Positions 22,019-35,547 are shown, counted from the first letter of the whole stretch. The stretch is 62,396 bases of DNA, filler included, from 14 parts of 14 records of this genome joined end to end with filler, not necessarily neighbours in it; one strand, 5' to 3'. Made by a program: numbers and translations. The notes: generated by a model not told the origin, from the letters alone.

Positions 22019-22887
22019 ACATTCGTCCTCTTGGCGCTTCGTCGGCGCAGGGAGCTCTTCGACAACAGACCTGTCTTTCAACCCAGTTCCTTCACTAGTC
22101 TCGACATTCTCAAGCATGGCCTCCAACTCTGCCACGCGTGCTTGTGCGGCCTCGGCCTTGGCCTTATACTCCTCTTCTTTTCGCGCCAGCTCCGAAGCCC
22201 GCCGCTCTTGCCCCATCAGCTGGGTGCTTTGCTCCTCTCTCACGCTCACCAATTGGCCTTCCAGCTCTTTCAGCCGTCCGGCGGTCTGGGCGACGTATGC
22301 GCTGTACTCCTCCTCTCGGGTCTTGAGCAGCACCGCCAGCTCCTTGCAATCTGACTTCTGGATTGCTGCTTGGGCCGCTTGCTCACCCTTGAGCTCGCCC
22401 AGCTCTGCTTCCAGCTCCTGCATTCGATGGGCGGCCTCGGCCAGCCGTGCTTTGTGCTCCTGCTCCTTGGTCTGAATCACGCTTTCCAGTGCCTGCACCC
22501 GCCGCTCTTCGGCTGCCAGTACTGCCTCGTGCGCCCCTCGGTTCATCTCTGCCTCCCGCTCCTCCTCCCGCTGAGCCAGTTGTTCTGCCAGTTCCTGCAG
22601 CTGATCGGCCCTCGCCTCGGCCGCCGCCAGCTGCAGACGGTGATCGGACCGCTCGGCCTCCAGCAGCTGCTCCAGTTGCCGCGCCCGTTCTCTCTCGCTC
22701 GCCATGCCCTCCAGCTTCTCCTGGAACTCTGCCATCCCTGCCGGCCGACTCAGCAGGCCGCTCGGCGGGCTCGGGCACCCCGCGCGGCCACCACGGCCTG
22801 TTGCCGGGCCGAGGCGATCAGGCTCTCGTATCGCATCACTGTCTCGACCAGATCGGCCCGGCTGGGCGGCTCGACTGCCAGCTCCAT
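22019..22887 (-). CDS. Coiled-coil protein, 3'-truncated
   Basis: MELAVEPP... is joined by one 41-nt GT-AG intron to an E/Q/K-rich heptad ORF. Confidence 0.65.
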
Positions 22888-23121
22888 CGCGCCGGGGCGG
22901 TGAGGAGCGGCCTGCGTGACGCTTGGAGGCCGGTCCGGGGCTGGTACGCCCGCAAGACCCCACGCAGCCACGCAGCCGCAGAGGGCCCGTGCACTCTAAA
23001 GCGTGACACCTTTTGATTCGCGGATTGCCGATTCTCTTCATCAAGGCAACCGGTTCGCAAGCAGTCATTGAAGCCGCCCAGCAGGGCCGAATTAAAGATT
23101 TAATTATTTTAGTATTGATAG

Positions 23122-24342
23122 TTAAACTTGACATAAATCACATTCACAACGACTGTCAATATCATGGCCACTCTTACCGCATGCATGCATCCTACCCTCA
23201 ATGACACCACAGATCAATACATCACCCACATGAACTTTGGGTAGATCTGATACTGGCTCCACCTGGTCAGACGCTTGATTCCATCTTGAAGTCCAGCCGG
23301 ACCACACTCGCTGCAAATGAAGCCCATCCAGACGCTTGATTTCAAACAAGTCCAGATCAATATGATTGATGTTTGCATTCTCGGCCCTCGCTAGCTGCAC
23401 CACCCGGTCAATGCTGAGGCCTCCGTCTGCATCGCCATGGCTCTCATGCTCGATAGAAACCATCGCCATACAAACATTATGAGGTGTCATCATCAAATTA
23501 TTCACCACCACTGCTTTCCCAGAAGCACTGGCTCTCTGGCTGGCTAAAGCAAGTTCATGCAGACGCGCACCGAAGAAGCTGTTGTAGACCCGGATACACG
23601 ACTGGGTGTCTATGGCCAGCTGCTGCCTCCAGTCATCATACGGGATCACTTGGTGCATCCGACGCCAGAACCCCGCAGCACAATCTGTCGGTTCGCCATC
23701 CTCAGATTGCGCGCTGTGCTGCTCCCATTCAATTGCCTTCACAAGCCGTTGGCAAACACAGCAGCTGCGCCGGGCTCGATGCTCACATGCGAGTCTGTGG
23801 GCTGCCAGCTCACTGTGGTGAAACTTGCGTTCGCAGTAGCCACACCATTCGCAGTGGAAGTCACAAACCCGCTCGTGGGCCACTTTATCGCTGACACGCA
23901 CTAGCTGCGTGCAACCCTCCCACGCACACGGCACCTCCAAGGTCAGGATTTGCGCCTTAAGCGCCGAGTCACGGCACCATCCCCTGGGAAACTCCTCGTA
24001 CGGATACGTGCACTCGAAGCTGCTGCGGCAGTTTGGACAGGAAACAGGCGGGTTCTCCTCTACGGGGTGGTGACCACTGCACTTTACTCGCACCCAGCGC
24101 CCGATGCAACTCCCGCAGTAGGCTGCCCCGCAGCAAGGTGCAGTAACCACATCGCCCCAACCGCCTTTATAACCACATTTAGGTCCGAAAGCTGCACGTG
24201 TTCCCGCGAGCTGGAGGCATATTCGGCAAAGCATTGCGTTCGGAATCTCTTGGCCAACCCTCCTGCGAGCATTTTCCGGACTCTCCTGGTTCTCCTCCTC
24301 CTCCTCCCTCTCTCGGCGGCGACTGCGTGTCTCTGCTGGCAT
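23122..24342 (-). CDS. RING + TRAF-type zinc finger protein (putative E3 ligase)
   Basis: RING-like CRIC..PCCGAAYCGSC..CPNC followed by C..C...H..C TRAF/Sina-type fingers. Confidence 0.75.
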   Translation of the reverse strand: MPAETRSRRREREEEEENQESPENARRRVGQEIPNAMLCRICLQLAGTRAAFGPKCGYKGGWGDVVTAPCCGAAYCGSCIGRWVRVKCSGHHPVEENPPVSCPNCRSSFECTYPYEEFPRGWCRDSALKAQILTLEVPCAWEGCTQLVRVSDKVAHERVCDFHCEWCGYCERKFHHSELAAHRLACEHRARRSCCVCQRLVKAIEWEQHSAQSEDGEPTDCAAGFWRRMHQVIPYDDWRQQLAIDTQSCIRVYNSFFGARLHELALASQRASASGKAVVVNNLMMTPHNVCMAMVSIEHESHGDADGGLSIDRVVQLARAENANINHIDLDLFEIKRLDGLHLQRVWSGWTSRWNQASDQVEPVSDLPKVHVGDVLICGVIEGRMHACGKSGHDIDSRCECDLCQV

Positions 24343-24502
24343 TTGAATCAGCACACGCGCTCCACTCTCGCCCTCTAGAGGCCCTGCAGCTTGCTCCCCG
24401 ACTCGCGCCTCCGGCTCGATATATAACGGACGGATTCGATTTTGCTGAGGCCTGTCACCAGGCGGGTGCCTGGGCAGTGGCGGGCGCGCGCAGCGGGGAT
24501 CC

Positions 24503-25161
24503 ATGGGACAGTGCGCCAAGGCATTGCTCGGCAATTGCCCCAAGACATTGCGCGCCGACCAGGAGCAAGATGCGGCCGACGACCTCGCCCTGCAGGCCGC
24601 CCAGCCACGGAGCACCGCCCGGCCTGTCGCCCAGCAGCAACAAGAGGAGGAGGAGGCCAGTATGGAAAATGAGATAGCCAGTAAATACGAGGAGGACCGG
24701 GATCGCTATGACGCCAGGCTGTCAGCCGCCCACAAGCTCGCTGGAGAACTGACCGACAGCGGGTCGGCGGCTGAGCCCGTGATGACACCTGGCGGCACCC
24801 GCCGGCCGACCAAGGAGTCGGAACTGGCCCCCCTGCTCAAGTCGCTGTTTGCGGAGTGCAATGAGGTGGTGGACAACGACGACTCTATCCTCACCGGCGT
24901 GGAGATCGCGCCGCTAGCCGAAATACTGTTTGACCGCCGACCGGACATCGCCCGGTGCTACTCATACAACATTGCTAAGATCGTTGGGGACGTGATGACC
25001 CACTTCGACGACGACCATTCGGACACGATAGACTACGAGGAGTTTGTGCATTTGATGGCCTGCAAGCCGTGGATTTCTCTAGTGCCGGACCATTTGCACT
25101 CTCAACTGCTCGAGAGGTGCAGCGAGCTAGGATACCAGCCGGACTCGGCTTGCGACTTCCA
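24503..25161 (+). CDS. EF-hand protein, 3'-truncated
   Basis: Loops DNDDSILTGVE and DDDHSDTIDYEEF. Confidence 0.7.
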
Positions 25162-25261
25162 NNNNNNNNNNNNNNNNNNNNNNNNNNNNNNNNNNNNNNN
25201 NNNNNTTAATTAATTAANNNNNNNNNNNNNNNNNNNNNNNNNNNNNNNNNNNNNNNNNNNN

Positions 25262-28200
25262 ATACTCGACCAGGTCAACTAAGAACACTGTAACTACCCC
25301 GTCGTAATTCAGCTGGCTGAACTGCCTCACGTGCCACAGCGTGCGCAGAACAGTCTGATACCAACCTTGCGGTTGGTGGACCACTGCATGATGATGTAGC
25401 CTACGGAAAATCTTTCTGCAACCATCCCGAATGGTTTTGATTTCCTCGCTTGTCGTGGTTGGATCTCCAGAGGGAATCAATGCGAGCAGGTGCGACTGCC
25501 AACTCTCTTGCTCAAGTAGCACATCGCACGTGTGCGTATTCTCTCGACAGTCTACATTTAGCTCTTGCAAGACAACAACTTTGAGCTCGTATGAAGCCGA
25601 GGAGAGGCCTTGTAACAAACTCATGACCGCTGGGGGACAGAGGTATTCGCGCTGAGTCCGGCCGTCGGCATTATTAGTAGCCATGAACGCCTGTGCAGTA
25701 GATACAGACACGCTGCGAGTCACTGCTCCCAGGAGCGCGTGACTCATTCCTCTAGCAAAGCTTCTCCCTTGGAGCGCGCTGTCGACCAGGGCAAATGTGC
25801 CAATGTCCCGGATTGGAGCACCTTGCTCCCGTTTCAGCCACCATGTGATTGCTCGAATTGCACAGGCTGAGACGTCATCATTCGTGTGAGATACAAGATT
25901 TAAGAAGACATACAAGCATCCACATTCCCGGAGTACCGGTAGTGAGGACTCGTGGTTTCTGTCAGCACAATGCAGCAGTGCGAACACACCAGAAGACACA
26001 ACTTCTGGGCTGTCTTTCAGGGAGCTGGTGTGCAAGCACAAGAGAAATGCTTGCAGTTCTTCCGGATTGATCTGGTCTGAGGCCATCAGTTCCGCCAAAG
26101 AAATTAGTTGGCACTGCAACTGAGAGATCTGTGATTTCAACAGCACATTGTCTGAATCTGCCAATGAGACTTTTCTAAATTGTATAGCTGCCTGCACGGC
26201 CCTTCTGACAGTCCACGTCATACGGTAAAGGGCAGGCGCCTCCTGGATTCTTCTTGTGACAGCCCTCAAGTGTGCTGCAGCAACTTGAAGGTCCACGGCT
26301 GCCCAGATGGTGAAATTAAGGAGGATGTACTGGTGATACTCAGCAAGTAGCGCTACGTACTCCTCCTGGCTCAGCAGCGAGTCTTTTGGCATCGTATCGT
26401 GCATCAACAGCGAGACTGTAGCCACCAAGTCTGTTGTGATGTAGTGAGGGACTTGCTGTAGCAGGAGTCCCACCACTTGAAACCCATGATCCCGCATCAT
26501 TGCTACCAAATTTGTAGGGCTTCCACGCATCAGCTCGCCTAACAATGCTACGGTTTCTGTGATGAGGACAGCTGCAAACGAGGGCCCGACACGCTCGGTT
26601 GGCTCTTGCAACAGTGGCAGTAGAGCACTCATACCCCCCAGGCATGGTAAAATCTCGCTCACCCCCTGAGTCACACAGCGATTTACCTTCCCGCGTGCGA
26701 TGCCCCAGACTGTCTCCTGCTCTGCGTTGCTAATACAGCTTGGATAACCCCTCTGACCAGGGTCCCAGTTTCTTGCATCTAGAGCGAGTGTAATACAGCT
26801 GCTGATTCCAGAGTCTTCGACAGCCTTAATAATCTGTGGTGAGATTGCCGACATACAAGACACTCCTTTGATGGCGACTCCGTCGGCGCCACTCTCAAAT
26901 ATTTGTAACATCTGCAAAGGGCTGAGCTCAGCATTGAAGAAATAAGTTGGTCCCATCTGACCGAAGAATGTTGTACTCGAGTCGTCGTCCAGTCTCTGAG
27001 AGCCAATCCTGAGTGTGCAGAGGCTGTCTCCACCGCTTGAGGACGAGGGTGGAGGGTAGGTGTAATTGAATTTAAGGGATTGCGTCAGCTTTCCGTCTAG
27101 ATAGCACTGCAATTTGGGGCTTGATAACAAATTCCCCTTCGAATGAGTAATGGCTATGCAATGCCACTCCTTTTCTGGAAGCTGGACCTCGTCAAACACC
27201 ACAGTGGCAACCTCGCCGCGTCTTGAGCTATGAACACAAAGTTGCTCCTCGTGAAAGTATGCATGCAACTTTGTCCCATCTTCGCATTCCACATAAAATA
27301 AAGTGGGACGCTGCAGTCTCACGTTGTTCAGCATTGAGAGGCTTTCGGCGCGCACCCAGGAGCAAAACCCCCACCCTTTGGACGACGCCCAGGTATCCCA
27401 TGTGAGCTCAACCTCAAGGGAAGCGTTATGACCATCAAATGTGAAGAAGGCGCAGGGGCCTGAACGCTTGGCCATCATGCCACGAAGCAGGTGCAGAATT
27501 TTCATAACCTGCCCAGATGCCGATGCTTGACTCCGCTCGATGGTTGCAATGATCCCAAAGATGCTTTTCAGTTCTACAGCAGTTATACAGTGGTGTCCGA
27601 GCACTTGCATGAGCTCAATCAATTTGGAAACAACCATTTCGCGGTTGTGCCTTTCTGCCGGAGCCTCGGCATCATCTTCGATGCAGCTGGGTTCAGATGG
27701 CACCCCAGATTTGTCTTTGAGATCTGTAGAGATTGCATCGCTAGTCTCATCCTGGTCCTCCATCGTACTTTTTCTCGTGTCTGTATGGCAGCTCGCCTCT
27801 GAAGCTTCCACGGCAGAGTTGATCGGCTCTGCTGTGTCCTGAAGCTGGCTCGTATTGTTGCATTCTTCTCGGACAGTTGTCAATTCGGCATCAGGAGGTG
27901 ATAGGTCGCTCTGTTCTTGAGCGGCTGGCCCATCGCCCTGACTTGTTTCATGCCCTGCCGCCTGAACTTCCCCTTCGGCGGTTTGTGTGGACTCGCTTTC
28001 TTTGGCTGATAGCAAATCTTCTGCTTCAGCCTCAAACTGGCTGTTAGTATGAATCTCTTGCGCACAGACACTTGCCTTTGTATTGGCCTGCATTGTTACA
28101 GTAAGAAATGCAACTAGTTTGCCGAGCAGTCCAGTATCGCAGCAATAAGACTTGTTGACAATGCTATGAGCCACAAACCCCAGCAGGCGGTTCACAACAA

Positions 28201-31144
28201 CTAGCTGCAATGTTGCAGTGCACTTGGGAAGAGTGATCAACTCAAATATGGTGCCCAGCACCTCAGGGTTCTCAATCGTCCGGTCCAATATGGCATCGTC
28301 ATGTTCACCATCCACTAGCCAATTGAACAGCGCATCGAATAGGAGCAAAGGTGGCTCCACTGCCTTGACATGCTGCGCAATGCAGCTGCAAAGGTGCTGA
28401 AAGCCAATTTCTACCTGAAATGATTCCTTCATCGCCATGTTGCCAGCCATAAGCCAAGTCAAAAGCTTCACTACTTCGATACACATGGGCACCCCGTGTG
28501 CTTCGGAGACCACATTCAACACATGCAGCACATGCGTAAAGATGTGAGCATTGCACAAAGACGCGAGCGCACAGTCCCGATGGGTGTTCTCTCGTGCTTG
28601 CTTGAAAGGCTCGCAACATTGATACAATCCATCTAGCAAGTCCTTCACCTTTCCTATCCCGAACTCGTCATCTTTTGCTACCGCAGCTGCTGAACTCAGT
28701 GCTGACATATAGGTCACGATAAAATCTACTGAAGGGAAGCCCTGCTGTTGCGCTACCGCGCATTTCAAGGTGGCTGTGATGATAGGGAGAGCAAAAGTCC
28801 TACACCGCTCATTGAGCTGCAGGCATTTGATCAGCTCAGCGCACGAGTTCCTGTGTTGAGCTAGAACTAGATATATTGGGAAACTGCTACACCCCACAAT
28901 TGTACCCTCAGCTGCATCATGCGCGAGCAAAGAACTTATCATGCTTTGTAGCGTGGCTGCAAGTGAGCTTGCCTCCGCGTCATCGGATTCTTGGGTTAGA
29001 AACTGTGTGATTGTTGGGATCAGACGGGGCAGAAGCTCAGCATCAAACAGAGCTTTTGCAGCTGGCATTCCCTGCTTCCGAACCACGCTGAACAAAACAC
29101 TCTCCATTTCATTCACAAGCATGGCGTCCTGCTTGCACACAGCACCCTCCAGCGTCGACAGCGCAGAGTTGATCACACTCAAACAGTGATCATCGGGCAC
29201 ACTTGTCAGAAAGTCTGTAAAATGTCTCACCCGGTCACGCAGAGTGACGCTGTCCCTTTTCCCCGCAAAATGGCTATATTTGTCTCCCGTAGGCGAGCCA
29301 AAGAAAAGGTCAGAAAATACAACTGACCAGAGTCCGTGTTCATACCAGATCGACGTGGAGGCGTGGTCGGCGCGCATCATCGCTTTAGCAAAGTCCATCA
29401 TGATGACTTGAACCACTGGGACAGACTCTGGCAGCACCAGGGCTGCATGGAACTTTTGAAACAGAGGGTTCTTTGCAGTGCCTGAAGCTTGCCCACCAGA
29501 GAATGCCGCCGCAATACCAGACACAACAGCAGTGCGCACCGCACCACCGCCCTCGAATGCAAGCTTGCGGAGCAGCACGTCAATTACATGCGGCACATCC
29601 GCTGCTAGCAGGGCCTGATTAATCCCGGCTTGGCTAATTACGTCACATAACTCCTGCATCCCCTGAGCCTCCAAACTCTCGCCCATAGGACAAAGGATGT
29701 CCACAGGATAGAGGCAGTGAATCGCACACAAAATAGCCGCAACACTGAAGCCCAGTCTCTCGACATCAGAAGTAGAGCTGGCTTGATTCCCACGCGAGCC
29801 CTCTGCCAGCACAGCTAGGGCTGCCACAAGCAGGCAGCAGTTGCGCTGCTGCTGTTCTCGATCGTCAGTTTCCATCTCTGCTGTTAGGATTGCAGCACCT
29901 GCAAGCCACAGGGTGAATGGCCTTTCTATTGGGTGTGCGGTGCACCAGCCACAACTGTCAGGCCGCCCTGCTCGCAGAAGGCCTTGCAAATGGGCGATGA
30001 ATTCATCAAGTAGAAGTAAAGTGAGCGCAGCACGGCCACCTGCACCCAATCCCGACACTGCAGCTAGTCAGGCTCGCACCTGCAGCGCCGGAGTTCCGAG
30101 CTGCAACGCCACCGAAGTCATAGCATTGAACAACTTGAGCAGCAGCTTGAGCCCACCCGCCTGCCGGCGCACTGAGCGTACAACTGGGGAGTGCAAACCT
30201 CGACAGTGTTCACTTCGGTGTTTGGCTGCTCCGCGCTGTGAGCCGATCTGTCCCCGGGCAGCTGAACGGCTCGCTGGTGATGCCCGCACCGGGGCCCGTC
30301 AGGGGGCGCCATCTTTGGCTCGCACACGAACACCGGCAGCGTGGCCTCAGCGCACTGGTTGAGCAGCATCGCGCAGAGAGGGCCGGCCCCAAGCGATACC
30401 TGCGAGACCATCGCCCCAAGCCGACCGGGCGCTCACGATAACGACGTCCACCAGCCGTGAGAGCTCGTACAAGAAGCCCTGCGACTCCAGCCAACGGCAG
30501 TTGCCCCGCGAGCTGGCCAGCGCAGCCAGCAGCTGCAGGCGCGCCGCACAGCAGTCACACAACCCCCTCATCTCGCGAGCCACAGACGGGTCGTGCTCAC
30601 CAGTTTCGCCTGCGCTGTGGCTCAGCCCGAGCGGCCGGCCAATTCACCTTCCACGAACGGCTGCATCGACCCGGTCGAGCAGGTCGTGCTGAGCTGATCA
30701 GTTACCCGCACGAAGGCCGCCAGCACTGCTTGCAGCACCACAGACGGCAGCCGCGGCACCTCGGCGCCTCCCAGGCATTGATCGCTCAACCTGGCCCGAC
30801 CAGCCGGTCAGCGCCCACGCGGGCGGGGGCCTGTCACCCCGCCACAAGCGCGTCGGCCGCCTGCTCAGGGGCCCGGCCCTCTGCCTGCTCGCACGCCTGT
30901 ACGTACTCGGTCCAGAGCGCCCGCAGCTGCTGCCCTGCACAGCCGAGCTCTCGGACGGGCCGGGCACAGCCGAGCGGCAGGCACCGGCTGCGTCCATCCG
31001 GAAGTCGAGGTCGGGCGGCGGCAGAAAGGCCTCGAAGCTCTGGGTGCGCTCCAGGGTACTCGAGCTCGGCTGCTCGGGCGGCGGGTCCGGGCGGACCGGC
31101 TCCTTGGTGAGCAGGCCCCCGAAGACGTTCTTGAAGAAACTCAT
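25262..31144 (-). CDS. N-terminal two-thirds of a BEACH-family (neurobeachin/LRBA-like) protein, 3'-truncated
   Basis: Long ARM-like helical region. A ConA/LamG-like domain (GPCAFFTFDG, WGFCSWVRAE, EWHCIAITH, YLDGKL, FFGQMGPTYFF) is followed by a DUF4704-like CLGGMSALLPLL. The start MSFFKNVF is joined through short introns. PH/BEACH/WD40 domains would lie beyond the contig end. Confidence 0.75.
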
Positions 31145-31553
31145 CGCAGTGACCGGCTGCCCTTTCGCGAGCCCAAGCTGGCTCCTTCCATTTGATCGAC
31201 AACGGAAGAAGCCAACATTCAAAGAAGAGACCACTGGGGACAGATGCCTTCCGCAGCTGTACCTCCACCAGGTGTGCCTCGGCCTTGGCCCCGACGAGCC
31301 CGGCGGGCAGCTGCTCTGGACCCGGAGCAGACGGAGATCTATGGATGGATCCTCGACTACGCCATCCGGCACGAGTGCGACGAGCTGATCCAAGGTCCAA
31401 CCTCCCGCCCGTGCTTCGCCTGAGCCGTGCTGTGCGCAGTCCTTCCCAAGGAGGGGCTCCGCCCGCCGACTGTCGGCGCCCTTGCGCTCAGAAGCCTGCG
31501 GGTCAGCTTTGCCAAGGAGGCCGAGAGCGCGAGCCCCAGCCTTACGGAGTGGC

Positions 31554-32699
31554 ATGTGGGTAGTGCGGGTTCGCTCGCTCTTTGAGTCGGGCCGTCAGGT
31601 GACCACCATTCTAAAGGCCCATCGGGCGCTCGAGATCTCGGCCCCGGAGGACGTCGGCAAGTGGATCGATCTGCTCAAGGAGCGGGTGGTGCTCTGCCTG
31701 CACGCCGAGCGCAAGCTGAAGGCGGCGCGCGAGGCGATGGAGGCCTTTTACGAGGAGCCGCCGGTGCTGCTCACTTCTTGCCTGGCGGACAAGCGCAGCG
31801 CCACCGGGTCCAAGGACTTCAACCAGGCCATGTCCTCCCGCAAGTGCGCGGTCAAGGCTCTACAAGCCTTGGCGAACGACCTGCACACCTGCGTGAACAA
31901 ATGGATCGAGGCGCTGCCCCCGTGCCTGCTCGACCAACTTGCCGAGGCCACGCACGCAGAGGACTTCCAGAACCTGGCAGAACCCGAGAGCCAGCAGGCG
32001 GGGCCGGAGAACCAGCAGGTGGTCCAGGAGAACCACGAGGCCGTCGGGCACCAGGCTGAGAACGTCACTGTCTCCAAAGCTCAGGAGATACCGCAGCAGC
32101 CGCCCCCACAGCCTCAGGTGCAGCCCTCTCGGAAGAGGTCTCGTGGGCGTAAAGCGGCTGTGGAGCAGCCACCGACTCCTGAGCCGGTGGTGAAGGAGGT
32201 CACCATGGATGAGGCACCTGAGGCTGTCCATCTGCGCACCCGGAGCAATTCGCTTCTCAAGCAGATCGGACCAGATCCGCTCGAGGATATTTGCAGCCGA
32301 GTCCCTGAGCCAGCCGCTGCGAACCCAAAGGCCCGCTTACAGCTGGTCAAAAGCAAGCAGCAGCCAGAGTGGTCCGAGGGTGAGGAGGAGGGGGACAATG
32401 GCAATTCAAGATCAGCCCTGCCCACTCTTGGAGAGGCGCCAGAGCTGATGCGCTTCAAGCCCTTGTCAGAAATTGGCAACAACGCAGCCCCGCAGGCCGT
32501 CCAGGAGCCATCGCGCAATCGGGGTCGGAAGCGCATCAGGTGGACCACAGACGAGGAGGATTGCCTGCGTGACGGCGTGCGCAAGTATGGTGAGGGGAAT
32601 TGGGCATCAATCCTTTCAGATACAGCACTTTCATCATCACTCAACAATATCCGTACAGCCGTGGACCTCAAGGACAAGTGGCGCAACATGAACAAGTGA
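31554..32699 (+). CDS. Telobox Myb-domain protein (TRF-like telomere repeat-binding factor)
   Basis: Single C-terminal Myb repeat RWTTDEEDCLRDGVRKYGEGNWASIL..RTAVDLKDKWRNM carrying the telobox LKDKWRN. Confidence 0.85.
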   Translation: MWVVRVRSLFESGRQVTTILKAHRALEISAPEDVGKWIDLLKERVVLCLHAERKLKAAREAMEAFYEEPPVLLTSCLADKRSATGSKDFNQAMSSRKCAVKALQALANDLHTCVNKWIEALPPCLLDQLAEATHAEDFQNLAEPESQQAGPENQQVVQENHEAVGHQAENVTVSKAQEIPQQPPPQPQVQPSRKRSRGRKAAVEQPPTPEPVVKEVTMDEAPEAVHLRTRSNSLLKQIGPDPLEDICSRVPEPAAANPKARLQLVKSKQQPEWSEGEEEGDNGNSRSALPTLGEAPELMRFKPLSEIGNNAAPQAVQEPSRNRGRKRIRWTTDEEDCLRDGVRKYGEGNWASILSDTALSSSLNNIRTAVDLKDKWRNMNK

Positions 32700-32824
32700 G
32701 GGAGAAGCGATGACCTCACTTTTGNNNNNNNNNNNNNNNNNNNNNNNNNNNNNNNNNNNNNNNNNNNNTTAATTAATTAANNNNNNNNNNNNNNNNNNNN
32801 NNNNNNNNNNNNNNNNNNNNNNNN

Positions 32825-35468
32825 TATGAGCAAATTGTCTTCCATTAATTCTTCCGTAAACTCCTTCGCCTGAGCGGTGCGCACGCTGAGCGTGGGCCCG
32901 GCTAAGAGCTCGCTATCAGATCCGATCTGCCCACCAGCGGCTTTCACCGAGTCTCGGAGCTCGTCTGGCTCATTGGAGTTCAAGATCTCGTCGGGGTCAT
33001 CGGCAAAGTTCTGGACACATGTCTTGACCCCCTTCTCGTAGGTACTCATCAAGTGCGACTGAGCACGGTTGTGTGGTCTCGCGATCAATGCCGATTCAAG
33101 CGGGGTTGGATTGACGAGGGCGGTGCCGTTCTCACCGATCTCGACCTGTTCCGGCCAATGAATCGAACACTTTATGGCGCTGGCAAATACCTCTATACCA
33201 ACATGCTTGAATAGGCAGCAAAACTTGGGGATGCCAGCAATCAGGTCACCTTGGTACACCATCCTATCATCGCATGGTCAGACCAGGTCGATACACAACA
33301 GGCACCGCAAGCACTGGCCATACGAAGTCATCACCCCAAACAGCCGCGCGAACGCGTGATTCCCCACTCGGGGGGCTCCAAAGGTTATCATAGACACCTA
33401 GCCGGGGCTGGCCGCAGATGCCAACCATCGGCGCACTTGATTAGGCGTGTATAGCTTTTCCGCCAGTAGTTCCAGAGTAAACAGCGTGGCCAAGGCTCCG
33501 CCGAGTGAATGGCCACAGACTAAGATCTGGCTGGGTGCCGCATCTGCTTGCAATGCGGCATGCTCCTCGAGCAACCGATCCCGCACCGATAAATACGCCC
33601 TGTCGCACCTGAGCTGCGGCCAAACATGCAGTAGGGCACCTAGCAAACCCACCATGCACCATACAGGACTCTTCAGGCGCGCCCTTGACCAACCAGTCCT
33701 TGATAGCAAGCGCACCACGCTTGCTAGCCCGGAGCACCCGAGAGGCAGCCTGCAGCCCAGCTCTGGCACACCCGACCACACAAGTACCTGCATTTTGTCC
33801 TCTGCCTCGAATACTAACCCACTGTGGCAGTTATCGGCCCCAGCCAGCATAACCTTGCTCCGGGCCACGCTGCAATCGGTTCCTATGTTGACCAGGCTTG
33901 CTGTACCCCGGAATGAGACAACGAGAGTGCCATCGTCAGTCATGGTCATTTGTGCATGCGTGTCGGTCTCGTCACACGAGATGAACCTTCGGCGCAACTT
34001 CTCGGACTGCTTCTGCCGGTGCCAGGAGATCGGGGCCACTCCCGATTCAGTCGGTTCGTTCAGAGACGGGTCGTCATAGTAAGCTGCCGTGTGAGATCAG
34101 TTGGGAGGCGGAGCAGGCGTACCGTCCCAACTATATTGCCAAGCGTATAACACTTGGGCCCAGGGTACTTGGATTGTGCGGCTCACATACCCGATCCGGA
34201 GACACAGGAAGCGTTCTACGCCCGGTGGGACGCACGAAAACAGATAAGAGTTGAAAACAAACATGTAGAGCGACGGAATCAGCGTCATCTGGATGATTGC
34301 ATAGCCACTGTCGTCAGGGTCAACAACCAGAGGGTTGCTGAAAAGAGGGAAAATGAGACAGAGTACAATGGTGACCGGCAAGAGTGACCGTCCGAACATC
34401 TTTCCCATTAGGAACGACCAACGGGGCACCTCCGGGTCCTGCCCTTGGCAAGCGCAGAAGAGGCCTGGGCCGGCCGAGCAGAAAAAAAGTCGGATGAGCC
34501 AGGCAGCCGCATATATTTGGAACACCTGCATCGGTAGTGTAGCCGCGTAATATTCCCAGAAGCCGCATGCGTTCGTGATCTGATAGATGCTGGTGAGCCG
34601 GGTGTACGGTTTGCCGATGGCCTTCCAGCCGACTGCTGGGTTATTAAAGTCACACTGCGACGCTACATACGCAGTCATACCCAGCACTCCTAGAGTCGCA
34701 CACGAAACAAACGCGAGCACAAACTCGAATCCACCGCCGCAGAGTATGCATGACAGAACCTTGCACCATCCAGACGAATTCCGATACTTGACTGAAAAAG
34801 AGCAGAACAGGCTGGCCAGGTAGCACTGCACAGCCGAGTAGATCATGCTTTGCCCCACCTAACCCCACAATCAGAGTGCCTGATTGGTGGCCTCCCACCG
34901 CCGCGAACAGCATGGCGCGCCAGGCCTGCTGCGAGTGCCGGACGCAGGTCAGGTCAGACATCGGCTCGTACCGGTCAGCCCGGCAATGAATCACGAGGTA
35001 GAGCTGACTGACCACGGTCACGGTGTACAGGATCAGCATTAGCCAGAACCCGAGCCGGTACACCCCCACGCAGCTGGCCGACGTCCGCGCCCACAGATCG
35101 GACCAGCGGCTCATCCGGGGCGGCCCGGCGCACTCCCAGCGCACGATGAGCACCCAGGACCAGCACAGAATCGGCACCCCGGCCAGCAGACAGATCACCT
35201 CCCGCAAGGTGTCGTTCTCGTACAGCGTGGTCAGCACAAATATGCCCGCGAAGAACAGGGTGGCCAGCCAGGTCATCATGGTCAGCCGGGTCACCGAGGC
35301 CCGATCCAGCCGCTCCACCGCAGTCCCAGAGTCCAACTCAGTATAGTCGGCCGCTCGGGGCGGCGGCGGTGCAGCGCAGCCCTCCGCCGTGCTGCTCAGC
35401 TCGCGCTCTTCTGCTGTGGCGGTCTCCAACGGCTTCCCCCTGAACCAGCCGCCCTGCACGGCAGCCAT
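32825..35468 (-). CDS. Multi-TM class-3 lipase (DAG-lipase-like architecture), multi-exon, 3'-truncated
   Basis: Many N-terminal TM helices, then VVSFRGT, VHGGF, ILVCGHSLGGALATL and VYQGDLIAGIP..FKHVG. Confidence 0.82.
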
Positions 35469-35516
35469 CTGGCGTGCGCCACTGGCTGCCGCAAGGCACA
35501 CCAGCAATGCAAGATG

Positions 35517-35547
35517 CCGTTACTCCTTGCCGTTACTCCGGGAGTTA
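35517..35547 (-). promoter_or_regulatory. Triple element TAACTCCCGGAGTAACGGCAAGGAGTAACGG in a divergent promoter
   Basis: Lies between 35468(-) and 35603(+) and contains two TAACGG plus one TAACTCC. Confidence 0.55.
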
